The position numbers and the translations under genes are program-made. The notes beneath the pieces were generated by a model. The model was not told the origin of the DNA. It did not search any database and saw only the letters and a list, made by a program, of their open reading frames with translations. A DNA stretch of 64,000 nt from Takakia lepidozioides (lineage: Eukaryota > Plantae > Bryophyta), in the NCBI GenBank assembly GCA_030704615.1, contig CM060731.1:52452001-52516000 (forward strand). Reading direction: 5' to 3'. This document shows positions 10,655 to 21,118 of this stretch, in pieces (the stretch's first letter is position 1; every line of letters begins with the position of its first letter).

Positions 10655-13600
10655 AAATTCATTAGATAATCAAATAACAGGATCTCTCTTACTAGCATCC
10701 ATCATTCCAGAAATGAGAACCTCCACTGGACAGTGGAGGTTTGTATGTACGAGTCTTTCTATATGAAATGGGAAATCCTCCATATTTTACAGATGTTGAA
10801 GAATTTTTTTTTAATGAAAATGAGGCTCAGGAGCCATTGAGTACATCATCCTGAAACAGGACTAATCTACAATAGAAATCTTCGAACCTAATTCGTCCAA
10901 AATATACTAAGAAACTTCTTGCACTATATTCAGACGATTCTAGATTATATACCCAAGAACTACATAATGCTCCTTCTTATCTCTCTGAGTGTATCAGGCG
11001 AATAGTCTGGAGGGGTATATTTTCAGGATCCGGTGATACTATCAGGAGACGCAGGGGAGTATCCTAGAGATCCGGAGACGTCCAATAGTTCCAGGACTCC
11101 CCCGCTGACTTCAGGTGTATTGTTCGGAGATTCGGATGCGTTCCGCGGGGATTCTACAGTCACATTTTCGTCATTGACAGACACTTTGTTCAGCTCGGTA
11201 GACCCCCAACTGGATTTTTCATCTGGTTCCGAAACACCATGTTTTTTATCTGGATGGTCCGCTTCCATCACATCTACCGAACACCGTCTCTTGCTCCAAT
11301 TTAATCTGGCTGTCTTGTACTCATCGTCAGACACCGGTTCCCCACCCTCGTTCCTCTTTCTCATTCTGACATAAAAACTAATCAGAGTGTGTAACTGGCT
11401 GACCCAAAGAAATATCGAACTTCCACTGGGTAGTGGAGGTTCCCAATTATCGTATCCCAGTCTCGTTGGAAAGTATGTGTCACACTTACAATGTTACACA
11501 TATGATTCCATCACTCGCTCCCACATCATCTCAAACTGATTTCAATTTTCCCGTAATTATCCGATTTCGTCCTTACTTTAAAAAATGCCTTTCAGCTTTT
11601 GCATACAGAATTCACGCGAACCTCCATTGGGCAGTGGAGGTTCCAGTTTCTGGTTGCTCATGTGCATGACATGGGTCTACGAATACTCTACACTGGACTG
11701 CACGAAGCCTACTGTTAGCATATGTCTACTGTAGAATACAAATAGACTAGGCTATCGTGGTTTTTCAGAATTGCCGAATTCGACATAATTGGATAAGAAA
11801 TGAAAATTTCCATTCAGAATCGAATTTGAATGGGAAGAAATGCATCAACTAACGCTGGATTTGGGGATCAAGAAAACGGTTGAGAAATAAACATCCGAGC
11901 ATTTCCGAAACCACTGTCCTCAATAAACCACCACAATGAACAAAACAAGCAATACAACCAACACGGTAATCTCCCGCAACCCTAAACCATTACCCTAATC
12001 GACTAGAACAAGCACACACAAACCCAATTGCACACAAAACCACCTTACAAACCATCGGTGAATTGAAAAACAACAGTGAAGCAATGACGCAGGAATGCAC
12101 TGAAGCACAGAATGGAGCAGGAGTGAAATGAATTGACAGAGAATGAAACAGCATTGAAGCAAACAACGAAGCAAACAATGAAACAGAAACCTAATGTGCA
12201 CTAAAGCACGGACTAAAGCACTGAAAACAATGCAGTGCAGCAGAGAAAGAAGCAGGATCCAAACGAATTGAATCTTGAACAGGCCACATGAATCGAGAGC
12301 GGGCCAACACAAAACGTGAAACAGAAGATGAAAAGAGGGAGTTTTTAATGCTGTACCTGCTTGTGCCGACCATTTTGGTGCCCTTGCAACCACAGTCCTT
12401 CGTTTGATACTCTCTTCCGCACCTCCGCCTGCCGGTAATTGCACTGTGCTCTCGCCTCTACACTCGTCAATCTCCACTCGCCACTGTCCGGTCTCTCCTC
12501 CCCGCTCTTCAAATTTTGCCTATTTCACTCTCTCACCTTTCACCCTCTCCTCTCTCTGCACTCGTCCAAGTCTGCTCTTTCTCTCCACGCTCCAGTGTCC
12601 AGTCGCTGCAAAACGAGCTCCAAAACTCTTCTCTTTCACGCTCTCCTCTCTCAACTGTTAAGCTCTCACTCGCGCAGCGCTTACGCGTAGAAAATGGGAA
12701 GCCCAAAGGCTGGGCTCAAAGAGCGCACCCCTTATAAGCGACCTTCAAGGATGATCTGAACCATCGCCTCCGTCTGAAATCGAACGGTCGCGCGGCCCAA
12801 ATGGATGTTCTGCCCCATCCACGCAAACTAACATTAATACTGTCCATCCACACAGATGAAATTAGTTCAACTTTTGTTCCATGAATGCACACACGATTGG
12901 ACAGATGACTGGATAGACGAATGAAAAAAGGACGAAATGATTGTAATGACGCCATTGGTCAGACTCTGCAACCCTCACGCTTACAAAAATCTTAAAATAG
13001 ATTCGAAGCCAACAAACCTTAACCCACGCCCCAAACGCACATGTGACCACCCACGTGACACGCCTAGGCAGTCGTTTCGAACTCAATCTGCCAGAGGACA
13101 CAACGCTGTACCTACGGATTCGTCACACTATATAATCATTGTCTCATATTGAGCCGTCCACAATTACTTTCGGCTGTTAGCCGCCAGACGTCAATATTCC
13201 CTGACAGACATACGGCTTTAAGGATAGTAGATGGCCCCTCGTGTCGGGCATTCCTCGATTTAAGGTCCAGAGCCACCATAGGGATTGCCCATTTATCGAG
13301 GGATACCCGACACGAGGGGTCCATCCCTACATTAAACATGTGCAAGCAAGCAAGGCACGACAGAACATTCCGCACACCTGTAATGCACCGCCCTCGCTGT
13401 CCAATGCAATGCGCCGGCATGTAATGCCCCGCCCTGCCCAAGTGTTTTATTCTAACTGCACGATAAAAATAAACAGAACAATCTCAAAGTGCTTTATGGT
13501 TCACCTCCGGATTCCTCCCAGCTAATTATAATGATCGATTGTTAATGTATAGTCCCGAATTAGTTGTGGTGATTAGCCGCCTGACTTCATTTCTCCAGGC

Positions 13601-14842
13601 CACTTGTCAGAATCGACATCCTTCACGCTTATTCCAGAGTCTGCTGTCAGAGCCGCACGATAATGATGCCAGACTTGTAGTCCTACTAACGTACAAGTAC
13701 GATAGAATTCAGTCTGATCGTGGCCGTTATCGTTTGTTCCATAATTAATGTGACAATGGCTATTGTCAATAAACGGAAAATTGTGCACACTTTCAATGAA
13801 GCCGAGATTTCACGAGTTGAAATAAGCCGTTCGATTCCGCCTTAATCCACGGTGGCCACAATCGATCCGGGAGAGAAAGCATACCACACTGCCATTGGAG
13901 CGATTCAAAGATGAAAGTTACATGTCACCTCTATATAACGTCCGAATCCACACAACACCAACTTCCCACTTTGAACCTCTCACTTGCTTCTTTTCTCTCA
14001 CGCACCTCTCTGGACATCCTGCACCTCTCTGGACAACGTGTACCTCTTTGCCTGTCCTACACCACTCTGCCCATAGGGTGCTTCTGAAGCAGCCTCTGAG
14101 TCTCTCTCTGCTTCCTTAGTCTCAGGTGTCAACTGCACATTTCTCACGTAGGATAGTATGATACTCAATTTTTTGTGTACTCTCCATGTGCACCAACTAA
14201 ACTTGCTTTTGTTTGTCTAAAGTTACTCCCAAACCTCCACTGGGCAGTCACCACATTATTATTCATCCATCCATAGAATCACTTTTTCATCTACAGAGGG
14301 CTTCTTCATTATCCATTGTTCATCCATGTGGTTGATTTCATCAACAGATATCATCCAACCTCCACTGCCCAGTGGAGGTTGGCATTTGTGACTTCATCTG
14401 ACAGTTCCGATAGATGTAGTCTATATTCTGCCCTCATACTCCAATTTAATTCCAATTGTTTTTTATCAGTCCCAGTGTAGATCCAAACATTGACTTTACT
14501 TTTTCAATCCATATTGTTTTCTCATTCAAAACCGTCGAAAAAGTTATACTTAAAGTTTCTCCTTTCGGTGGCAAGACTTTCTTTCCTTCAGTTAATCTTC
14601 AGTCCAGTAATAGGATTTTACTGGACCTCCACTGCTCAGTGGAGGTTACTAACTTCATGGGGTTCCAAGTAGGCCAAAGGGTGTCGCTTCCTGGATCTCC
14701 TTCAGTTGTTGCCTCAAGAGATTGCCTGAATGTTTCTGGGGATGGAACTTGCCATGGACACCACTTGTGTTCGTCCACCATTTCAGTTACCCTGATCTTT
14801 TGTGATGACGCATTCGGCTCCTGTCCTCTGCCTTATCGACAG

Positions 14843-16953
14843 ATGGATGCTGACACATTGAAGGAGGCGATTGGGACTCCAGTTGTGTGGGCGATTGGGA
14901 CTCCAGTTGCTGCCAGTATTTTGATTGGAGAAAAACCTTGGCAATTCGTACTGCATTTTGGGGTTCGTCATTCGATGAGAGGAGAGAACTTGGATTGAAT
15001 GTTTCAAAACGACTTCACATTATGGATGGGCCATCGCGCAGGTGGTATGTTACGATAGAAGGTGTTAATGTTTGTGAGAAAGCATGGTGGATAATATACG
15101 GAATTGGAAGGTCAACGTACATGGAGTACAAAAAGCTCAGTAAAGAGGGCTGTTTGTCATCTTTCCACGGAAATCGTGGTGTCAAGCGGCCGCGACCAGG
15201 GACACTCCAGGCAGAGGGGAACATTATGTCCATTATCAATGCCAATACTGACCTTATGCCTCACAAAACATGTTGCATTGGAGAGGGACGTCAGGATACT
15301 TTGAGAATTTTGCCTCTCGAAATGAACTGGAAGAGAATTCGAGAGGAGTCCAACGAGACGACTTTTATTCGTTGTCCCCGCTACAGACGACGAACAAGAT
15401 GGTCTCCGGATTGGGTCAGTTGCCTGTCTCATTGACAGGAATGGTTACGCACGGACACGGAGATGGAGCTTACGCTCAATTTTCCCTTGAGTTCTGGAAA
15501 GACAATTCAAACTTCACAATTGGGTCGTTGGCTCGGTGCCTGCGGCAACTGGAAAAGCCGACATGCCGGGAATCCAGGAACATTTTTGACACTGAAGTTC
15601 AAAATGATTTTTTTGAAACGCTCATGAGAGGTAAATCGAGATGTTTGGAGGCTCTGAAACCCTGCAGGCCGCACGATAAACGTGGTGCTCGACCACTTCC
15701 TAGATGACTTTATTTGCAGATGGACAACTCCTCCAAGGACAATAAGAATAGATGGATGCTTGCTTTCCTATCCCTCCTCACTACCAAAGATGTCTTTGAA
15801 GAGATCCAGCTTGGTTTTCTCATGGTCGAGCACACCCATGAGGATATTGACGGATTCTTTAGCTATCTCTCGAAGAAGCTAAAGGAACGCAACACCTACA
15901 TTCTTCCGGATTTGATGAGGTCATTCATGATCTCCCAAGATATGCAATTCATTCCTCAAATCACACAGGAGGATCCCGACTTCAAGAAGTTTGTTAAGGG
16001 TTGTATTCATGATGGAAATGAGGCTTTGGTGGGGATCTCAGAGATGCACGTCTTTCGATTTTTTAAGGATGCGGATGGCTGGCCCGTTATGAAGTACAAG
16101 AAGTCAGTTACTGATTTGGAGTGGCTTCCTACAAACTCCAGCGTTAAGATGTGGAAGTCCAATCCTGATGGGACTCCATATCTCCCTGAAGGAGAATCAG
16201 ATGCCGTTCCAAGAAGACCAATATGGGGAGTCGGGGACGACTCCTCAGAAAAACAGTCATTCATAAAAAATGGTATTAAGAAATACAGAGATTTTTGGAC
16301 CAAAGGAATGTTGCTTGACGATCATTACTGGGGTGTGATGGAACAATATGACCAATATTGGGGAAATATTCTCGCCGAACTTGATAAGCCAATGCAGGAC
16401 ATTCCGGATTGTATTCAGCTTCTTGAGGGATTTTGGCTGAAAACAAATTGGTCCTCAAACCATCGGAGGGATGGCATCCAGCCATAGATACTGGAAGATA
16501 TGGAAGATGAGGATGAAGTTCCAGAACCTTACTGTGGCCCTAGGTGTGAGCGTCCAAGGATACCCTTGAATCCATTCAAGGATATTGAGAAATGATTTTT
16601 TGTTGCTCGTTCGCCCTCATGACCCAGCGACGTGCCCGGTCTAGATGGGAATGGCAATTTCAGATGTCATCTGAGAAAGGGAAGATCCTAATTTTAAGAA
16701 AGTGAAGGTGGAGTGGTGGAGACCGAAGAAAGGAGGTAACCCCTCAGACTTTGAGAGGTACAAGGACTGTTGGTCAAAAGTTTTGGAGTACAACCCGTCA
16801 GATCCTGCTCAATGGATCCACGTGAACAATGTCGTATGGACAATGCCGCCACGAAAAAATACGACAAGAAATAGCACCAAGAGAATTACAGCGGTGGAAG
16901 CAGTGAAGGCGTGCGCGAATTTGGAGGTTGCTAACCTTCAGCCAGATACCTGA
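14843..16953 (+). pseudogene. Sola-like (DUF7869-type) DDE/D transposase, decayed
   Basis: Motifs are N-terminal CCQ..R..F...EG..VCEKAW..IYG; LTGMVTHGHG...NFTIGSLARCLR; LPR*LYLQMDNSSKDNKN..LAFLSLL...F..I.LGFLMVEHTHEDIDGFFS; C-terminal VKVEWWRP. Lesions include an apparent deletion or frameshift near 15355 and stops at 15705, 16485 and beyond. Superfamily assignment is from memory of the motif. Confidence 0.8.
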
Positions 16954-17319
16954 AGGTTTCCTTCTTGCGAACCATTTTCCATCCATGGACTAAATGTTGA
17001 GGTTATTTCCGGTCTTTCATTTTAAGATATAAATTTTTTTTTACGCTTATTTCCCTTCGTGTTTGTGTTGGGTGATCCTTCCTGTTTTCTTTTTCTGTTG
17101 CAATGAACCTCGAGTGGGTAGTGGACGTTCATCTATTTTCTTTCTGCCGTGTTGGACTCTGCACTGCTGTATATTCTGTTCATCTACATATATTCGTGAC
17201 ATGGGGGATTCTGGCTTACAAAACAGACAATGCACAAAAAAAATAAAATGCTGGCACAACCCCTGGATTCTTTCTTTTCCAATCCGGTCTAAATATTTTT
17301 TTGCAATGTCTCGTTCTAG

Positions 17320-18510
17320 TGAGTGCGAGTCTTCTATATTTGTTTGTCCATTTATACCTTTACCATCACCTCTAAATCCTTACCCTTCGTTTTACCCTTC
17401 CCTTAACCTTTCCATAGGCTTAAGCCGGACACTTAGTACCCTAAACTATTACTCTTACCATATACCAAAAACCTTTGTGTACTCCCATAAATCCAAACCC
17501 TTACCCTGGCCTTAATCCTTACCCTAAGATTAAGCCTGACACTTACTACCTTAAGCCATTACTCTTACCATATACCAAAAACCAGGTTAGTGTACTACCC
17601 TACTTACACTCCAAACCAAGTTATTGTACTACCATGTGTGAGTCTTCTCTATTTGTTTGTCCCTTTGAACTACCCTAAATCCAAACCCTAAATCCTTACC
17701 CATTCCCTTACCCTGGCCTTAATCCTTACCCTAAGCTTAAGCCTGACACTTACTACCCTAAACCATTAGTACTCTTACCATATACCAAAAACCAGGTTAG
17801 TGTACTACCCTACTTACATTCCAAACCAAGTTATTGTAATATCATGTGTGAGTCTTCTATATTTGTTTGTCCCTTTGAACTACCCTAAATCCAAACCCTA
17901 AATCCTTACCCATTCCTTTACTTTGGCCTTAATCCTTACCCTAAGCTTAAGCCTGACACTTACTACCCTAAACCATTAGTACTCTTACCATAATATACCA
18001 AAAACTAGGTTAGTGTACTACCCTACTTACACTCCAAACCAAGTTATTGTACTACCATGTGTGAGTCTTCTATATTTGTTTGTCCCTTTCTACCCTAAAT
18101 CCAAACCCTAAACCCTTACCCTTCCCTTAATAATCCTTACCCCAAGCTTAAGCGTGACCTTTAGCACCCTAAACCATTACTTTTACCATATACCAAAAAA
18201 CCTTAGTGTAGTACCCTACTTATAATAAACTCCAAACCTTATTGTACTACCATGTTACCTCTTGTAAAATTTGTATCATTCTCTTAATGTTTTCTTTAAT
18301 TTTCAAGTTGGATAACGTATGATAGAATGATTACATGGATATCAAATTCCCCTTACATTTTTACATTCTACAGAGGTTTAGAGTTGTCTATATTTGTTTC
18401 TCTCTTTCTATCCTAAACCCTTTAAAACCCTAAACCCTTCTCCGAGTCACCACAAACTTGGACCTTATTGCACTTAATATATCTAGTTACACCCCAAACC
18501 TTATTTTACT
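17320..18510. repeat. Subterminal ~210-bp tandem array rich in telomere-like CCCTAAA/CCCTAA motifs
   Basis: The unit marker agtcttct(c/a)tatttgtttgtcc occurs at ~17328, 17641, 17851 and 18064, and degenerately at ~18385. Units contain taccctaaatccaaaccctaaa. Confidence 0.85.
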
Positions 18511-18964
18511 GCCCTAGTAGGTCATCTTCCTAATATTCATGCTATTTTAATATTTTACTGTCCTTCTCACACCCAAAACATCATTCCAATGGCATTGTCT
18601 ATGAATATTGTGCTTGTCAACATGAAGATTCAATCAAAATTACTATCAACTTATATCAAGTATGGTAGAGTACTATGAGTCTATCCCATGTTCAATTCGA
18701 CACATTTGTTTATCGTGATTGTAACATAATGTAATATTACATCATTCGACTTCCCAGTCGACGTTCAATGAATTGTTGAGTTACACTGCAACTTCACAAG
18801 CACTTCAATGTCAAATGGACATCTTATATGTTACATTTTGAAGCAAATATGACATCACTTGTAATTTCACAAAGTTCAATCACACATTACTATCCAAGAT
18901 ATTATTAACAATTTTTGAATTAATTTTAATTCAAATACATATTAAGTTTGGTCCAGATTTAAGC

Positions 18965-18994
18965 CAAAAGTCCAGAATTAGTTAAAATAGGGTT
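18965..18994 (-). repeat. Right terminal inverted repeat (30 bp)
   Basis: Reverse complement of 1734-1763 with 2 mismatches; followed by TATT. Confidence 0.88.
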
Positions 18995-18995
18995 T

Positions 18996-19561
18996 ATTCC
19001 TCAATCCAAACAAATGTATTAGTATACCCTCCGGAAGGTTGTGCTTGTCAATTTAGAATTGGCAAGAACAACCTTCAAAAGGGTACTCTAACATGTTTGG
19101 ATTGATCAATTTTTAACTTGACATGAACAACCTTCTGGCAGATATCCATCAAGCATGACCTAATGGTAAACACAACCTTCCGTAAGGTATTAAACATAAT
19201 TGTTTGGATTTTATGCAATAAAAAATGATAGAAACAATCTTCCGGAGGGTACACCGATAAGTTTCAATTGAGCAATTTTAAAATTAACAAGAATAACCTT
19301 TCAGGAGGTATCCCTCAAACATAACTCAATGATAGAAATAAGCTTATGTAAGATAAAAGTATTTTTTTGGATTTTACTCCATTGAAAAATTGACAAGCAC
19401 AACCTTCCGGAGGGTATAATAACATGTATGTTTGGATTGAGGAATTTTAAAAACTAGGATTAAACTTTCGGCAGGTACCCATCAAACAAGACTCAATGAT
19501 TAAAACAACCTTATGTAGGGTAAAAATATTTTATTTGGATTACATTCAACCTGAAAATGAG
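18996..19561. repeat. Right part of the AT-rich foldback repeat (internally palindromic)
   Basis: 18997-19055 is the reverse complement of ~19386-19444. 19431-19561 is the reverse complement of 1510-1640. Confidence 0.7.
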
Positions 19562-19779
19562 CCTTTGTTACTATGAAAGAGGTTATTTTCTCCTCTCACT
19601 ATAATTAAGGGGTCTGATTTGCGAGCGGCCGCTAGCTGCTGTTTCTGTTTTTTAATATATATTTTCAAAATATGAGAAGCACATCGCTAGCTTCGGCTGG
19701 CGTAATATATATGACCTTGAAATCCATATGGTGAAACTTTGTGAATGAATTCTGCAGGCACGAAGGAGTTGCATATAGT

Positions 19780-20035
19780 TGGGCGGTTATTTGATTTTTT
19801 TCATAACCGGCGGTTCCGGTTGCTTCAAATTTTAGGAAACTATTAACCCAATAACCGGCGGTTTTCATCAAATAACCGCGGGTATTAGGGCGGTTCTTTA
19901 AAAGGTTCTTTGCTCGGTTATTTGAATGCCTGCCCTCTGCCGGTTCCTAACTAGACCGTTTACTTCATTATTTCACCAACGCCGGTCATATATATATATA
20001 TAACCGGCTAAGTAACCGCCAGGTATTAGAGAGAA
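19780..20035. repeat. MITE-like remnant with repeated (T)AACCG/CGGTT motifs
   Basis: Many ataaccgg/gcggtt motifs in both orientations. Confidence 0.45.
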
Positions 20036-20889
20036 ACCTATATAAACGCCCAACACTCATTTGCACCTTTGTGTACAGTGGGTCCACAAGATGGATAAAT
20101 AAAATAAAATAAAATAATTGTGCTATGAGCATACACTATGGAATGGGTTGCCACTTGGGCACAACTTCTTTATGTGTTCCATGGATGAATAAAGATATCT
20201 ATAACTATTATCAGATGAGTTTCATTCATTCGTGATTTTTTACGACATGGCTACCAAAAATTCGCGAGCAATTTGAAGCAGTACATACACCTTAAAGACT
20301 GAAACCCCTCTCAAAATTTCCCCTGAATGGCATATCCAAATGACATAAAGGTTTATATAGATCCGGCCGCATCATGTAGTCCACCTATCCCTAAATTTTC
20401 AAATTTGTTGGCTCTGTCCTTTCAGGGCAGAGACTTTGCATCACGTTGAAGTCAATGGAGAAAATGTGTCAATGGACCTTACACCGTGTCAAGAGTATGA
20501 TTGGTCTAAGAAAGCTTTTAAGTATAACCTGTGGCAGCTTGTCAACATTGTTGCTTCAATAGACAGAGCCTCTTGCGGTTTGCGGCTTGTAAGAATAGTT
20601 CTCCGGATATCTCCCTTGCTGTGAGCTACAAAACAAAAAATGGCAGGGGTTGTCTTAAGCCTCAGCCTTTTTTTTTTGTGTTTTTTTTTGTGGAACAGGG
20701 ACAGTGGCCCTGGCCCTTGTTGTTTTAGTTTTAGAGAGCAGGGGACATCTTTATTATATATAAAAGAAAACTTGGGCATGTAGTCACTAGTAGTCATCCT
20801 TTAAAAATATAAAAAATATAAAAAATATAAAAACAAGTTTTTTCTCGAAACGTGACCCTGGTGACAAGGCAGACCATCCAGCTGTCCTA

Positions 20890-21118
20890 AAATAGTGTCA
20901 CAGCAGCCCTCTGTTTGGGGGGGGCTCACCCACCATTAACCCCTCTGAACCAAGGGTGGTCCCCTGAAATAGTCTCACAGCAGCCCTCTGTTTGGGGGGG
21001 CTCACCCACCATTAACCCCTCTCAACCGAGGGTGGTCCCCTGAAATAGTCACACAGCAGCCCTCTGTTTGGGGGGCTCACCCACCATTAACCCCTCTCAA
21101 CCGAGGGTGGTCCCCTGA
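20890..21118. repeat. 3 x 76-77 bp tandem repeat
   Basis: The unit aatagt..cacagcagccctctgtttggggggctcacccaccattaacccctct.aacc.agggtggtcccctga starts at 20891, 20968 and 21044. Confidence 0.9.

Larger units (their letters stand above)
1929..18765. promoter_or_regulatory. Family of ~14 dispersed 24-bp palindromes, consensus AACCTCCACTG-NN-CAGTGGAGGTT (putative protein-binding sites)
   Basis: Copies start at 1929, 3585, 4743, 5807, 6841, 9592 (right arm truncated), 10718, 11418, 11619, 14232 (partial), 14357, 14624, 17106 and ~18742 (degenerate). The sequence is seen directly; the regulatory role is inferred. Confidence 0.8.
1734..18994. mobile_element. ~17.3 kb TIR DNA transposon (Sola-like/DUF7869-type transposase) with cargo genes; decayed copy
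   Basis: TIRs aactctattttagctaattctggacttttg (1734-1763) and caaaagtccagaattagttaaaatagggtt (18965-18994) match at 28/30. TATT flanks both ends (1730-1733, 18995-18998). An internal transposase has the motifs QMDN..KDNKN and V(E)HTHEDID. Confidence 0.85.

Noticed and set aside
11990-14120. Numerous short ORFs between the cargo and the transposase
   Set aside because: Low-complexity, strand-biased sequence typical of divergent promoters, 5' UTRs or introns; no conserved motifs.
14843-16953. HUH (Helitron/Replitron) transposase, suggested by the HTH of HTHEDID
   Set aside because: The context (QMDN..KDNKN, GFLMVxHTHEDIDxFFS), the TIRs and the 4-bp duplication fit a DDE/D cut-and-paste enzyme. 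No Rep motif-III tyrosine or element-borne helicase was seen.
17320-18510. True telomere or chromosome-fusion scar
   Set aside because: The motifs are embedded in a 210-bp higher-order unit inside TIRs, not in pure (TTTAGGG)n tracts.
1929-18765. Palindromic repeats as a CRISPR array or REP/terminator elements
   Set aside because: Copies are 0.1-2.7 kb apart with no spacer structure, no cas genes and no U-tracts, and the context is eukaryotic.
20890-21118. Possible CRISPR-like repeat
   Set aside because: The whole units are repeated and there are no unique spacers.
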